A DNA stretch of 64,000 nucleotides from Chrysomallon squamiferum (lineage: Eukaryota > Animalia > Mollusca): positions 34,906,001 through 34,970,000 of the forward strand of contig CM022665.1 in assembly GCA_012295275.1 (NCBI GenBank), given 5' to 3'. Position numbers and translations under genes: made by a program. Of this stretch, positions 1-12,300 are shown piece by piece; positions within the stretch are counted from its first letter, which is position 1, and each line of letters opens with the position of its first letter. The notes under the pieces are model-generated. The model had not been told where the DNA came from, ran no database searches, and worked only from the letters and a program-made list of their open reading frames with translations.

Positions 1-300
1 GTTAGCTCACAGTTTTATAATACATGGTAACAGTATGTCAACTCAACATACATACTTCACTTACACACAATTTTAAATTTGATTATTATTGTTCATTTTG
101 GGTTTGTTTTTTTAAATGTCTGACATTAAAAATGAAAAGAAACAAAACAAAAGAGGAAACTAAAAACTAAATTAAAAATAAGTATATTACAAAAAATAAA
201 GACCAAAATGCTATTATTGTTAGATGAGTAAACAAAATTTTATATATTTATATACTTGTACACAACAGCAATCAAATACATTTTTTTTTTTTTTTTTTAG

Positions 301-3300
301 AACGTGTGGGCCCAAAAGAGAAGCCAGTCGTAGTCATAGGTGTACAATTTCTGGCTGTGGAAAGGTGAATAATTTAATTTGTCACTATAACTAATCATCA
401 TATAAATTTTGCATGTTTTCAAATAGGAGTTAATGTAATAGGTCAACTGAACCTGTAGCTTTGTTATTCATTTTACATTATAAATATTATACCAGAGTTC
501 TTCTAAATTAGCACATGTACAATTATACCTTCTTGACAAAAAATCTAAATGGGTTTGTTTAAACATTTACCTATCTTGCATTATGCTAATGATAACATTT
601 TTGTAGGATTTCAAGCTGAAGGTGCACCTTGCAAGACACTTGGCAACTGCACATGGGTTAGCCATCAGATCAGGCAGTCCTCGTCCTGTCATGAAAACCC
701 GTGCTGCATTCTGCCTCGTTACAACACCACTCACCAGAATCTCACGACGTATGTGCAAGGATATTCTCAGGCCCAGGCATGCGGCTCGATGTCCATTTGT
801 TCCAATAAACATCGCAGCTATCAAACAAGAGTGTAAGTTGAAAGGCATCATTTATAATGGGTACGATATGAATGACAGAATCGAAAAAATGGACATGAAC
901 AATTCAGTCATGGATAAGGTTGATGAAAAATCAGGTTTTGAAGAGAATGGAGACAGTCAAGTCATACACATGGACATAAGAGAATAGTCAGGGAATGGAT
1001 TCAGATGGTCTCTTGACTGGAGATCCATAGTAATGTCCTAAATTGAATTCCATTGTGTTTTGTTTTTTTTGAGACAGAACCACAAGCCATGATTTGGTAC
1101 AATGCATTTTCAGGAATCAAAAGATTAGTTTTATGCATTTTGCCAAATGGTATCTTTTTGATACTTGGTATCTTTGGTCCTCATTGGTTGTTAAAGAGTT
1201 CAGCTCTTTTGTCTTTAAACTTCAGATTTTAATTATGATACAAAAAATATTTTCTGCATCAAGTATTTGCCACTGGTTTTTTATTATTATTATTTTTTTA
1301 ATACATCACTGAAATTAGACTTTTAGATTTTCATGCGTGATAAAATAATGTTTTTCCGAAGCAGAACTTTTTATTTATCATCATTTTCTTTTTAAAAAAG
1401 GCCATTTAAAGACAAATTTTGTTAACAAGTTAAAGTGTCAGTCAGGCTTGGGGCCAATAAATAAGTGTATCATTTATAAATAAAACCCCACCTACCACTG
1501 TTGATACTTTAATTGTTTTAAACTATATACAATTTGTATATCCAAATTTGTATATTCATTTCTGTATGTTTAACTTTTACCTTACATTTTATATATACAT
1601 ACATTAAGTATTCAATCAAACTAGATTATTGAAGCATTACCTAGTATAAAATATTAAGAAATACAGTAGCCAGTTGAAGCACTGATACCATTCAGTGAAG
1701 AAAAATAAAGAATAGGAAGTGATAGAAAGCTGGATGTCTGCAGCTAGAATAGTTAAATTAAAAAGAAAGGTGAACAGTTGTAACATTTGGTTTTAGAGTA
1801 GTATGTTTTTGTGCTTTTATTATTAATTTTGCTTTCATTAGTGAAATATTTTTAACCATGTACCAACAGTCTTCACACTTTGTGTGATGTATTAATGCTG
1901 AAAATGTATAACTTGCTGAAAGTAAGGCTTTACATACAGTAATAGTAATATTTTTATATTACAAGATATTTTTAGATCTGCGATTTGAAATTTGAAAGCA
2001 GGATCAAATAACATCTTTTATTTAGTAAAAGCTTATTGATTCAGTAAGAAATGTGTAATTTTTACAAAATGTTTCTTAAATTTCTAAGTAGAATGTTTTG
2101 CTGTAATATATTTATATATAAATAAATGTATATATGTTTTTAATGAGTAGAAAATGTATTCACATGGTGTTTCTTTGAAACAGTTCAACTTTAGTCATTG
2201 TGGCATGTTAAAACAATTTTCTTTGCCTTGTTTTGATTCTTGTTTGTCATGTTAAATACAGAATCTCAAATGAAAAAAATTAAATTTAAATTTTTATTTT
2301 TTTTTAAAGTATAAAATAAGAATTTCTTTCTTTCTTATTGGCAGATCTAAACATATATTTTAGATATTTTTTCTAAATCTGTGCACTGAAAGTAAAACAA
2401 AAATAAAATAGGTATTTAAAAGGCACAAAAACTTCCATGACCACCATTAACATGTATATAAAATAATCCTTTGATTACGTTTTTCTTCTTTTTTTTCTCT
2501 TTTATCAAGTTTTGAGGGGTTTTTGGATGCATGTTTGAGGGGGTTTTTTTTGTTGGTTTTTTTTTTTTTTAAATTAATATTATCTTGCTAAAATTTCTAG
2601 ATTTTTTATTGCCAAACAAAATTAAAAGTAGGCAACAAAGTAATTAAATATTCATTTTCTGTTGATATACATTTTTTACCAAGATTGAAATTAGACATAC
2701 TGTGTAGTTTTCTAAATTGTTATTTTAATATTGATGTAGTTTGCAGCATTAAGTCAGGGAATTGGGGTTCTGATTTTCCTGATTCTACTTTCAATGACTT
2801 AACAGAATTTCATTTTGTTACACATAAATGTTTTTGAGTGTTTTGTGCATATAGTCGTGTTAGCTTAGCATTGGTGTTTATATATTTTTTCATAAACAAA
2901 ATTTCCAAGCAATTTTTTGTACAAAATAAATTCATTGTATTCTAATTCATCTTGGTCTTCCATCAACACCATAATTCTAGAAATCGCCTCATTTTATATA
3001 TAAAACACATTTGTAAAAGTATTTGTCAGCAATAAACATGTGCACCTTTGTCCTATTTGATTTTCTTGTTTTCTTTTTGAGATTTGTTAAATCAGAATAG
3101 TTACATAGACATTATTTTTGATGATCATCAAATCAAGAAATGTTCCTTTGAGAATAAAATTAAGCAGGAATAACATTGTTTCCAATAATCAGGTTGTGTT
3201 GGAGTGTAAATTGGAGCATTGTATATGAGTAAAATAATATCTTACATTTTGTTGCTGTGAAGTCTTCATATATTATTTCATACTGAAAAACTGAAAAATT

Positions 3301-6300
3301 ATTTCTCAATTCTGAACATTTTTATTGTCAAGTGCATGGCTTGGATAGTACAAGATTATAGTTTTGTGTAAGTTACGGTGAATTCAGAAAATTCACAGAT
3401 AGTTGTACTGATGTTTACACTTTAAAAGAACTTTGCAGTTTGTCAATGATGAATTTGCATGATCATGAATTTCATTGTGTTAAAAGCTCTTCACAGTTAA
3501 CTGTCAAATTGTGTTAACATTTTATTCTTTTTTGTTTTCTTTTTTTTTTGTTGTGGTTCTGTGTTCACTTTTCTTGTTGGAATCATTTTAGTGTTCATGT
3601 TGACATATTTGAAGTTTTTTACAGACTATTTTGTGTATAAAATTGTTAATGTAAATACATAATGTTTTATCAAATTCTTTTAACTTTTTTCTTTTTTTGA
3701 AATTTAAGTTAAACTGATATTTTTGCTTTTGGCAGTTAGCTCACAAACTGCTTTTGCTTAAATTCGCTTTTGGATATTAACATCAGGCACATCACCTAAT
3801 TAACTTTCTAAACTTATTCACAAAGGTACTGAAAATGATTTTAAATTTCACATTACAGCTTCCAGCTGTTGCAATAATTGTGTGTGTGTGTGTGTGTGTG
3901 ATTCATTAAACAGGACAGTTTTTTAAATTCAGGTTATTCAATTTTGTTTTTGTTCGTCATAATGGACATTTTTAAAAACAGTAAAGAATGGATTAGCCAT
4001 TTTTGAAATTTACATGTATTAATTTCAGTTACCTTTTCTATGTTAAGTTTATTTTGTTCCAACTTGCATGAAAAATGTTAAAATACTAAAATGTCCACTC
4101 TTTGTGCTATTCTGTTACATAACATTGTACAGTTACAGCATAGTTATAATTTAAGATTACAAACCATTTCTTCGGTAAGAAATGAAATTTTATGGAATTC
4201 CTTCAGATACTTTTGTGGACATTTGCAGACAAGAATTTTGAAAACAAATTTAAAATAAGTTGTGTCAAATTTTGTTAATTATGAAACAGAAGAAACTAAA
4301 ATGGATCTTGAAGGGTGCCTGTGTTCTGTTTTTATTATTGTACTTTTAATTTTGTTTCTGCTTTCTCAGTTTCTAAGCTTTGCAGGCTTCACCATTATAA
4401 ATTTATTTTATTATAATTTTTTTTTTTTTTTTTGCATTAGAAAATTCATAGAGAGCTTTTTCTATCATTTACAATCAATTGCTGGGAATTGTCTCATGTA
4501 AAAATTAAATATATGTGACAGTCCTAGGTTGGAGCAAGGCCAGTACACAGGGTGTTAAAATAAATTTGCCAAAAATTGTTTCTCAGGTGTTGGATTATTA
4601 AAACAACAGAATTATTATGTGTGTCCTACTGAAGTAAAATGTTTGGACTTCATGACAAAAGGACAGGCACCCTTCAACCATTTTGTAAGTTGTAAAACAC
4701 TGAACCAACACCTAAATGTTCCTGTAGGCCAACAGTCAAATTGGCCTGATTATTATTTTTTCCTTCGATGTATGCATATAGTCAGAGATTGCAACTTGTG
4801 AAGGTTGTTCTGCAGACTGCCCAGAACATGCTGATGTTTAAAGTTTCTGCACCTTTTGATGAAAGAAGAAAGGAGTCTGCCTGAAAGGTATAAAACCTTG
4901 TAGCAACCCTGTAAATAGGAACTACGAATATTATGTAACTTAGAAAATGGAATAAGTCACATGTGCCGTCCATATCCGTTTCAGCTTCGGACTGTCACAT
5001 ATTTTTTTGTTCATTTTTTAAAATTTTAATAATTAAACATTAAGTTCACTGGCTAAACCAATAATGCTTGCTTCTGGTAATATAATTTGTTAACAAAGGT
5101 AAATTTAATCTTGCTGCTGTTTTCAAAACTGATAGGTTAAAAGAAAAATTAGCCTACTGGTTTACATGTGTTGTTTGGAATAATAAACTCACTCGTTTTG
5201 CTTTTTACTACATTTTGCATGGCTTTGTTATTCTTCAGATTGTTATTTTTCATAACGTTTGTAATAATGATGAAGTTGATAATGACCTGTATTTGTTTGT
5301 AGGTCCTTTGCGTTTAAATGATGCTGGATGTAACGTTCCAACTATTCCGGATAAGAAGTCCATGTCAAACACAATGGATCCAGTGGCTTCCAGGCTCGGG
5401 ATTAACATTCAGGTTGATACGCCAAATATTCTGCTTAGAAGTTCAGCAGAACCTTCTGTGAAGGGACAAGGCTTATCTTTCCCTGTCTCCAGCATGCTTC
5501 CTCAATCACGTAAGACTTTTTAAATGTTGAAATATTATGGAAATACAGTTAGAAGTTAAAAATGAAGGGTAAAACCTTAGTCTCTTTGGAATTGTTGTCA
5601 AGAATAGACTAGCTTCACCATCATTTTATTAAGCTGAGGAAAAGAAAAAATGTTCATAATGGGTATATAGCAATTTGGATTAAAAAATTTCAAGACTAAT
5701 TTCTTGTGGTTTTTAAAGTGATACATAATATGTTTTTATAAACTATAATTGAAAATTTCAGGTTAAAAAGAATATACTGTTACCTCACATTTTATTTAGT
5801 TTGGGTTTTCTTCATACTTTTGGTTAATTTTATGTACAAATTACATTTTCATGTTCTTTCGAGGAATAATACTTAAAATAATTTGCTAATTCTTTTTTTC
5901 TTTTATATATTTACTCCGTGTTTGCTTAAAATGCTATTTAGGAATCATGCACTGAGTAAATATAGTATTCTATTAGAGATGAAACCAACTGCATTCTTGT
6001 TCTTTAGTAACTTAACAAATTTTGCTTAATATTTTACTAGAATATATGATCAACCAAAAAAGTAGTCACGTCAAATATTTAGTGTTTTGTAAGCATGCCA
6101 TTTCAGTACAAATCAAAACCATTGTGTGTATGTGCTACACTTAACCATGTATTGCACCTCAAAACCATAAAGGAGCTGTGGGATGAACTTGGGAGACGTA
6201 TCCACAACCACTGAACCAGCTGTAGCAGGCTCTTGACTAGGCCCAAGAAGCATTCTTGAAGAACTTGGGAGCCGTTGATGTCAAGACATGTTTCATGGAT

Positions 6301-7125
6301 AGTCACAGTAATGGTCCATTGACAGAAAACGTGTAATTAGTGATAATACTGCACATACAAACATGAATACCATCTGGTTTGTGAAAAAAAAAAAATATTG
6401 ATTACAAGTATACTTTTTTTTTTGGCTCAGTATTTAATTGTTTTTTTTTAATCATCAATGCAGCACGCAGCTCAGACAGTCCTAAACCTGTAGTTGGTCC
6501 ATCAATTATGAAAAAAAGGGGTTACCAGAATATAAATGGACTAGATGGTGAGTACTACTTTCACAAGTATTTTGTGTTCAATAATCCTTAGAGAAAGTTT
6601 TTTTTTTTTATTATCTTAAAGAGCTTGGCTTTGTTTTTGTATCAGCTAAATGTTTTGATTTTGCTAAAATTTAGTTTTCCTCTAGTTGTTTAAAGATTCT
6701 GTTATCTGTGTTGTCAGTTTTCTAGAGATGTTCCCCTGTTTTGCAATTGTTTGTTTCTGAACATTACATTAGAAAATTCCTTTAAAGTATTAGTTGATTT
6801 CTTTATGCAGGACCACTGGCTAAGAAGCCAAGTTTGGGAGTGATTCGGCAGGCAGGCTCTGCTTTAGATTTGCCTGATGCTGCAGTAAGTAATAGTTTTG
6901 TGCTTGTGTTTTCACTTTTTGTTTACCCAGCCCAAAATTACATATATGCATTTCTAAATGTTAATTGTATTTTTAAAAACCAACAAAAAAAAATAATAAT
7001 AATTCACATGTCCATTAAACAAGATACACACATTACATCTTGTGTAAATTTCAGAATGAGGAATAGATTTCTGAAGATGATAAATGTATATAAAAATAAA
7101 ATTCAAATTGCTAGATGGTAAACAA

Positions 7126-7158
<33 letters not shown>

Positions 7159-7683
7159 TTCTCATATCACTGTTTACCTCTGCAGCGAGCCAGCGTTATC
7201 AACCACAGTTCTGGAAGACATAATGGCCGAGCTAAGAACCCTGGTAGAACAGGGTACAAGATGCACATGATTAGCTGGATTGATGCTCCAGATGATGCCT
7301 TCTTTGTGGCCACAGATGCTACCAGGTTTTTTTTTTTTTTTTTTTAAAACCCAGAAACAATCCCTTTTATTAGACTTCTGCTCCTCACTCAGAAGATTGT
7401 TACTAAACAGTAGACATTATTTCTAAACTAATTCTTCACATTTATTAAATATTTCAGTTTTATCTTTTCTGAAGCACTATATTTTGTTTTTTCTGTAATA
7501 GCTGGGAAATATTTCAATACAATAACAAAACTTAAACATTTTTTTTTCTTCAGGAAACTGCGCAAACAGCTAAATCCACATGATTTTAAACGAACTGCTC
7601 GTAATCCATGGAGAGGTCTTTTATTCAGACCACCAATGACTGGTGTGGCAAGCAGACTGCAAGATGCTGTGGTACTGGACTGA
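301..7683 (+). CDS. MTA1: Metastasis-associated protein (MTA1/2/3 family, NuRD subunit), 3' portion; 5' exons lie upstream of the window
   Basis: GT-AG exons 301-364, 607-832, 5303-5509, 6464-6547, 6811-6884, 7186-7325, 7554-7683 join in frame. They give MKTRAAFCLVTTPLTRISRRMCKDILRPRHAARCPFVPINIAAIKQEC (MTA R1), MKKRGYQNINGLDG, ISWIDAPDDAFFVATDATRKLRKQLNPHDFKRTARNPW (MTA R2) and end DAVVLD*. These match remembered vertebrate MTA1 motifs. The symbol is family-level. Confidence 0.93.
607..987 (+). CDS. Predicted alternative terminal exon of MTA (read-through of the donor at 833), giving a short isoform without R2
   Basis: The reading frame stays open for about 51 codons past T|GTAAGT to TAG at 985-987 (ECKLKGII...SQVIHMDIRE*). 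It is followed by a long U-rich, UTR-like region with AATAAA signals (about 1456, 2926, 3031). Confidence 0.55.
   Translation, partial: DFKLKVHLARHLATAHGLAIRSGSPRPVMKTRAAFCLVTTPLTRISRRMCKDILRPRHAARCPFVPINIAAIKQECKLKGIIYNGYDMNDRIEKMDMNNSVMDKVDEKSGFEENGDSQVIHMDIRE
3879..3900. repeat. (TG)n microsatellite
   Basis: Perfect TG run seen directly. Confidence 0.95.
4515..4998. mobile_element. Non-autonomous TIR element (MITE), Sola1-like, in an MTA intron
   Basis: Left end GTGACAGTCCTAGGTTGGA versus reverse complement of right end GTGACAGTCCGAAGCTGAA. ATAT flanks both sides (4511-4514, 4999-5002), fitting the AWWT target duplication described for Sola1. Confidence 0.65.
6152..6320 (+). mobile_element. 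Degenerate Tc1-type transposase C-terminal fragment
   Basis: 6152-6214 reads LHLKTIKELWDELGRRIHNH* (compare Tc1 DLNPIEHLWDELGRRV). After a frameshift it continues QL*QALD*AQEAFLKNL. No TIRs recognised. Confidence 0.6.
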
Positions 7684-9386
7684 ACCTCAGAAGAATAGTC
7701 ATTATCAGTACATTGGTGTGGTGTAAAATCATACTGCCAGAACATGAGAAAGATATTTGTCACTCACCTCAACATAAAAAAGCCAGTCACCTGGATCAAA
7801 CATCATGTGTGGATGATTTTTTGATTTTTTTTTTAAATATAGTGTGCATTCCAGGAATACATATATCTATAACATTTTAAAATCATTTTTTTTTAAAAGG
7901 AAAATGTTTTCTTGTATGTACCCCAACAATATTCATCCTGTTTTCAATGGCGTTTTTCTTGAAAATGGTTTTCAAAATATGATACCACGTTATCATATTT
8001 AGTAACATTGTATCCATTTCATTTGGATAAAAGTAAATGCAGATAATGTTATTTATTTGCATAAAACCATCAAAATGAAGATTATTTGTAATTTTCTGTT
8101 GGTTTGCTCGTTTTACTTGTGAATATTTTATATTTATGTTAATATGCAATAACTATGAAGTGGTTAAACAGGAAATGTAAAACTTGAAAGAATTATTAAA
8201 TGTCAAAATATCTGCCCTGAGTATGTTGATAATATTAATAATTTAGGAGAATTTTCAGTATTGAAAATTTAGTTGGAAATTTTACATTAAATGATAATGT
8301 CAGTCTGCTTTTTATAGGGCAGTAAGGATTTAGATTTTTTAAAATTTAAAGGTAATACAAATAAGTAATTTGTTTCTACTGTTAAAATTGTTCACAGTGA
8401 ATTATGAATATATCCTCTGCTGATTGGAATGAATTTTTGAGTACATTTTGTTAAGATTGTATCAGTTACATTTAATGTGAAAAAAAATGGTGATGGAGAA
8501 ATGTACAAGTAGTAGTAAGACATAATTCTAAGTAGGAAAAATGTTAAGAAAAATTATTTTAAAATAAGAAATTACAGGCTCGTACCCTTTCTTTCTTCAC
8601 CAAATAAAACCAGAAATTTTTACTGAAACCTTTCACTTATTTTGTTAAATGTTTTGGTTTTTTTTCTCCTTTGGCAACTAAAAGCTCACTTTTTCTTTAG
8701 ACTATACAAATGTTTTGCCTTGCTTGCTGACCTGTATTTATTAGGTTAGGAGAGTTTTGTGTAATGTTGTTAAGAATTTTATTTAGCTTTCAGAGTTGAG
8801 ATCAGTTACATATGCTAAATTATGGTTTGAAAGCGTGTGAAAACATTTCCCACCTGACATCATTTCCAGTACAGTCAAAAAATAATATCACTAAAAGTAA
8901 TAAGAAAAAGAAAATGCCATCAATGCCTTTCTGTTTTTGACTCTCAGGATGTGGTGCTTCTGAGATGCCAAGTATGCAGATTGAACAAAATTTTTACAAG
9001 ACATTTTGTATGTCTTATTAAATTACCACATTGTTGAATTGTAAGTTTGTCATTAATTTATATTGTAAAAAAAGCAATTACAACTTTGGGGAAATAAAAT
9101 TTTTTTGATTAATTAATGTGTTCTTTTTGAAACAAAAAATAATAATAATAAAAATATTGTTAAAAAGGCGAATTTCAAAAACCTGGGTTGGAAAATCTAA
9201 AAAACAACTTGAAAAGTAATAATTTTAATATTTGCACGTGTTGCAAACAAATTTTTTTTTTTCACTTTTCTAATTTATAATTAACACAGGACAGCAGTGT
9301 TAGTTGCATTATATTTTGTAAATTTTAAATAATATCTGATTTGCATTCCAATACATAACATTAAAAGAAGCAAATTATGAAAATGT

Positions 9387-12300
9387 TTATTTAAAGCTAG
9401 ATCCAGTCCGTGACTGGTATCTAGCTTGTTGCTGCTGTCTTTGTAAGGACTCATCAAATGATTTTATAGTTAAACTAGTCCTTGGTCCGGTCTTCCACGT
9501 AGCACCACTGGAATCCAAAACAGCTGCTTCTATAATAACTGAATGAATGCCTAGCACAGGAAATGCCAGCAGGAAGTTCACACTGAAATAATCGTTGTGG
9601 GGCTCCACTGTCTGACTTAGGAACTGAGTGGTCATTTCATTGCCCTGTAGAAAAATATTTTTATTAAATTTGAAGATTTTGAAGATTGTAGTTTTGTTTC
9701 TTTTGCTAAATAAGTTAATATTAATGAAAGAGGAAAAACTACTCAAAAATATAATCATAAAACTCAAAACAAAAATTTCACTTTTGAAGGTTCTGTAAAT
9801 TGTTCTCAATTCTTTACATGCTATTTGCATTGAACACACCCATACACACACAAAAAAACAACTATTCATCATACCAAATAAAAGATTTGCACTTTTCAAC
9901 AATGAACCAGTAGTGTCAAAATTAATTACCTTTGTGTTAGAGACTACTGTGCTGCGACTCTGAATGTTTGTTGACACTGAGATGCACACAGTGTGTACAT
10001 GTCTGAATGCTGGCCCTCCTCCATGTTGTATAACTCCTTCAACCTTTAGTGTCAGATGAGTCTCACTATGCACCAGTATAGGCTCCATGTTGGCATTGTG
10101 TTGTGGTGAAACTGCCAACTGAAAGTTAGTGAATGTGATGGAGGAAAAAACAAAGCAATTTGTAAACAAACATTAAAATGTTAATCCATTACATTTGTTT
10201 TGGATGTGATTAAGAAAATGGGAATTCTAATGTGAGTGCTGAATCTGGATGCAAAATTTTGAAACTAAAATTTGTATTTAAAATATAAACAAAAAAACAT
10301 TTCCATACATAAACATAAAATAATCATTCATGAACACAGGATAAGAAAGACATTTATATGCACAACCAGAGAGGGAAAGAGTGACTAACATATTTTATAC
10401 AGAGTTTCAAATAAATCAGTAGTGGATTTTTTTTAAATTCCCCATGTTAAAATGAATTTGATAAATGTAGAAGAAAAACCTGACTTTACTTACTTTGACA
10501 GCAGTAGACTGAAGTGTTTGGAAGAAGTATCTTGGGTAACAGTGAATGGATTTTATCAATGACTGTGCAGAATGAGTAATAAAGTCGATCTGAAAATAAA
10601 ATTACACTAACATGAGAATGTTTCTAAAACAAAATCTCTGAAGATTGTGTGTATCATGAAAACCTGTAATTACTGCTTCAATTATTTTGTACAAGATTAG
10701 ATGATTTAGAAAGTTTTCATTTCATAAAGTGTTCAAAATATTTATAAACTTGATATAAATGCCACCTTTGCTATGAAATGATGGAAGAATATTCTGGTGA
10801 CATTCAACAACAATTAGTTATAAAACCACTGAGTATTGAGTACTGTTTTAGATTTAAGTTTTGCTAAATAAATGTTGGTTTATTCATTCTGTTTATGGCA
10901 GAAGGGCAAGATATCTGTTACTTTATAAAAATGTTTAATTTATGTGGTATTTGTGAGAAATCATTCAGATGTTGCTAAAAAAAACATTAGGAAATATTCT
11001 CACTACCTTGCAGGTGACATCAGTTGTAGCTGAGGAAGTATTCATTACTTCATTCAGTCCACTTGACAAACTCTGTAAAGCAGCCTCCACAGACACACCT
11101 TTATCAACCACCTCACCCCCACCCGTCCACAACTGTCGCTCACCTGCAGAACTTGCTCTGTGTATAATTTTTTTTTTTTAATTAATCAGTTTATCAATTT
11201 TGAAAAAGTTCAAATTAATTTCAACATAATTACAAATGAAATATAATTTACTTATAACAGAACAAAATTGTGATTCTTTTCTATTAATTTCATAATTAAT
11301 ATACATCTGTGAAAAAAAAAGAGACAGAAAATAGAGAAAAAAACCCTGTAATTACCATCAGTGCAACTCGGTTCCATTGACATGTTGTGTTTATTATCCT
11401 TAAAATTATTTTTATAATTATGTTACAATAGGAAAACGTACCCAGTGTGCATAGTTGAAACTATTGATGTAACAGCTGCCTTCAAACTATCACAACTCTG
11501 CCGAAGACTGTTTTGTTGAGGGAAACAAATACTGATATTTTAAAAATTTCTTTCTTTCATTATAATTGCTTATAAAGACATTTGCTGATAATTGATATGA
11601 ATTTTCATAAACTGTAATTGAGATGTAAATGTTTACTCCCCATGAATAACTTAAAAAAAAAAGATATTTTATATGCATCTTCCCTCTGATAGTAAGTTTC
11701 ATAATAGCCTTTGACAAATTATTTAAGGGCAGAACAAGGAGACATTCAGACACCTCCACATTATATGCACAGAGAAGCTGTTGCCTTTAAAAACTGGCAT
11801 AACAGTCATGTATGTTACTCTTAATTTGTTACCTTCTGTTCATTTTAACAGTTCATTCAGTTTTATCTCTGTGGTATTTTTCAAAACTAAATATTCCCAA
11901 ATATATTTTCTTTTCCATTAGTTCCAAGTGAATACCAATAAATTAATTTCTAAACAGTCTTAAAAACAATAAAAGTTAGGATACACATCAATATTATGAA
12001 GAGACTGGCAGTCTGCATCAAATGATGACCAGTAAACATCAGAGATCTTACGACTGACTTCTTCGTACAGTTCCAGAGTCTTCTCCAACTGTGAGTAAAA
12101 TATTTTGAAACTTAATTTGAAACTCTTCAGATTTTATTCTTTTTCACAGAATCAAATATCCATATCATTTTAATTGCTGAATTCACATCAATACCCATAC
12201 CAATATTCTTATTTCTTTAATATACAAGAATTAAAAGACAGAATTACATTTGTATGATACATTAACATTATTCTACCTGCATGTTAATTACATGTTATAT

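Noticed and set aside
549-851. ORFs 549-836 (+) and 567-851 (-)
   Set aside because: Alternative and antisense frames of the MTA exon 607-832; the 622-987 frame carries the MTA motifs.
11490-11786. ORF 11490-11759 and a cryptic acceptor at 11785 as an INTS7 exon
   Set aside because: Lies inside the U12 intron, is out of frame with exon 11442-11507 and has no INTS7-like content.
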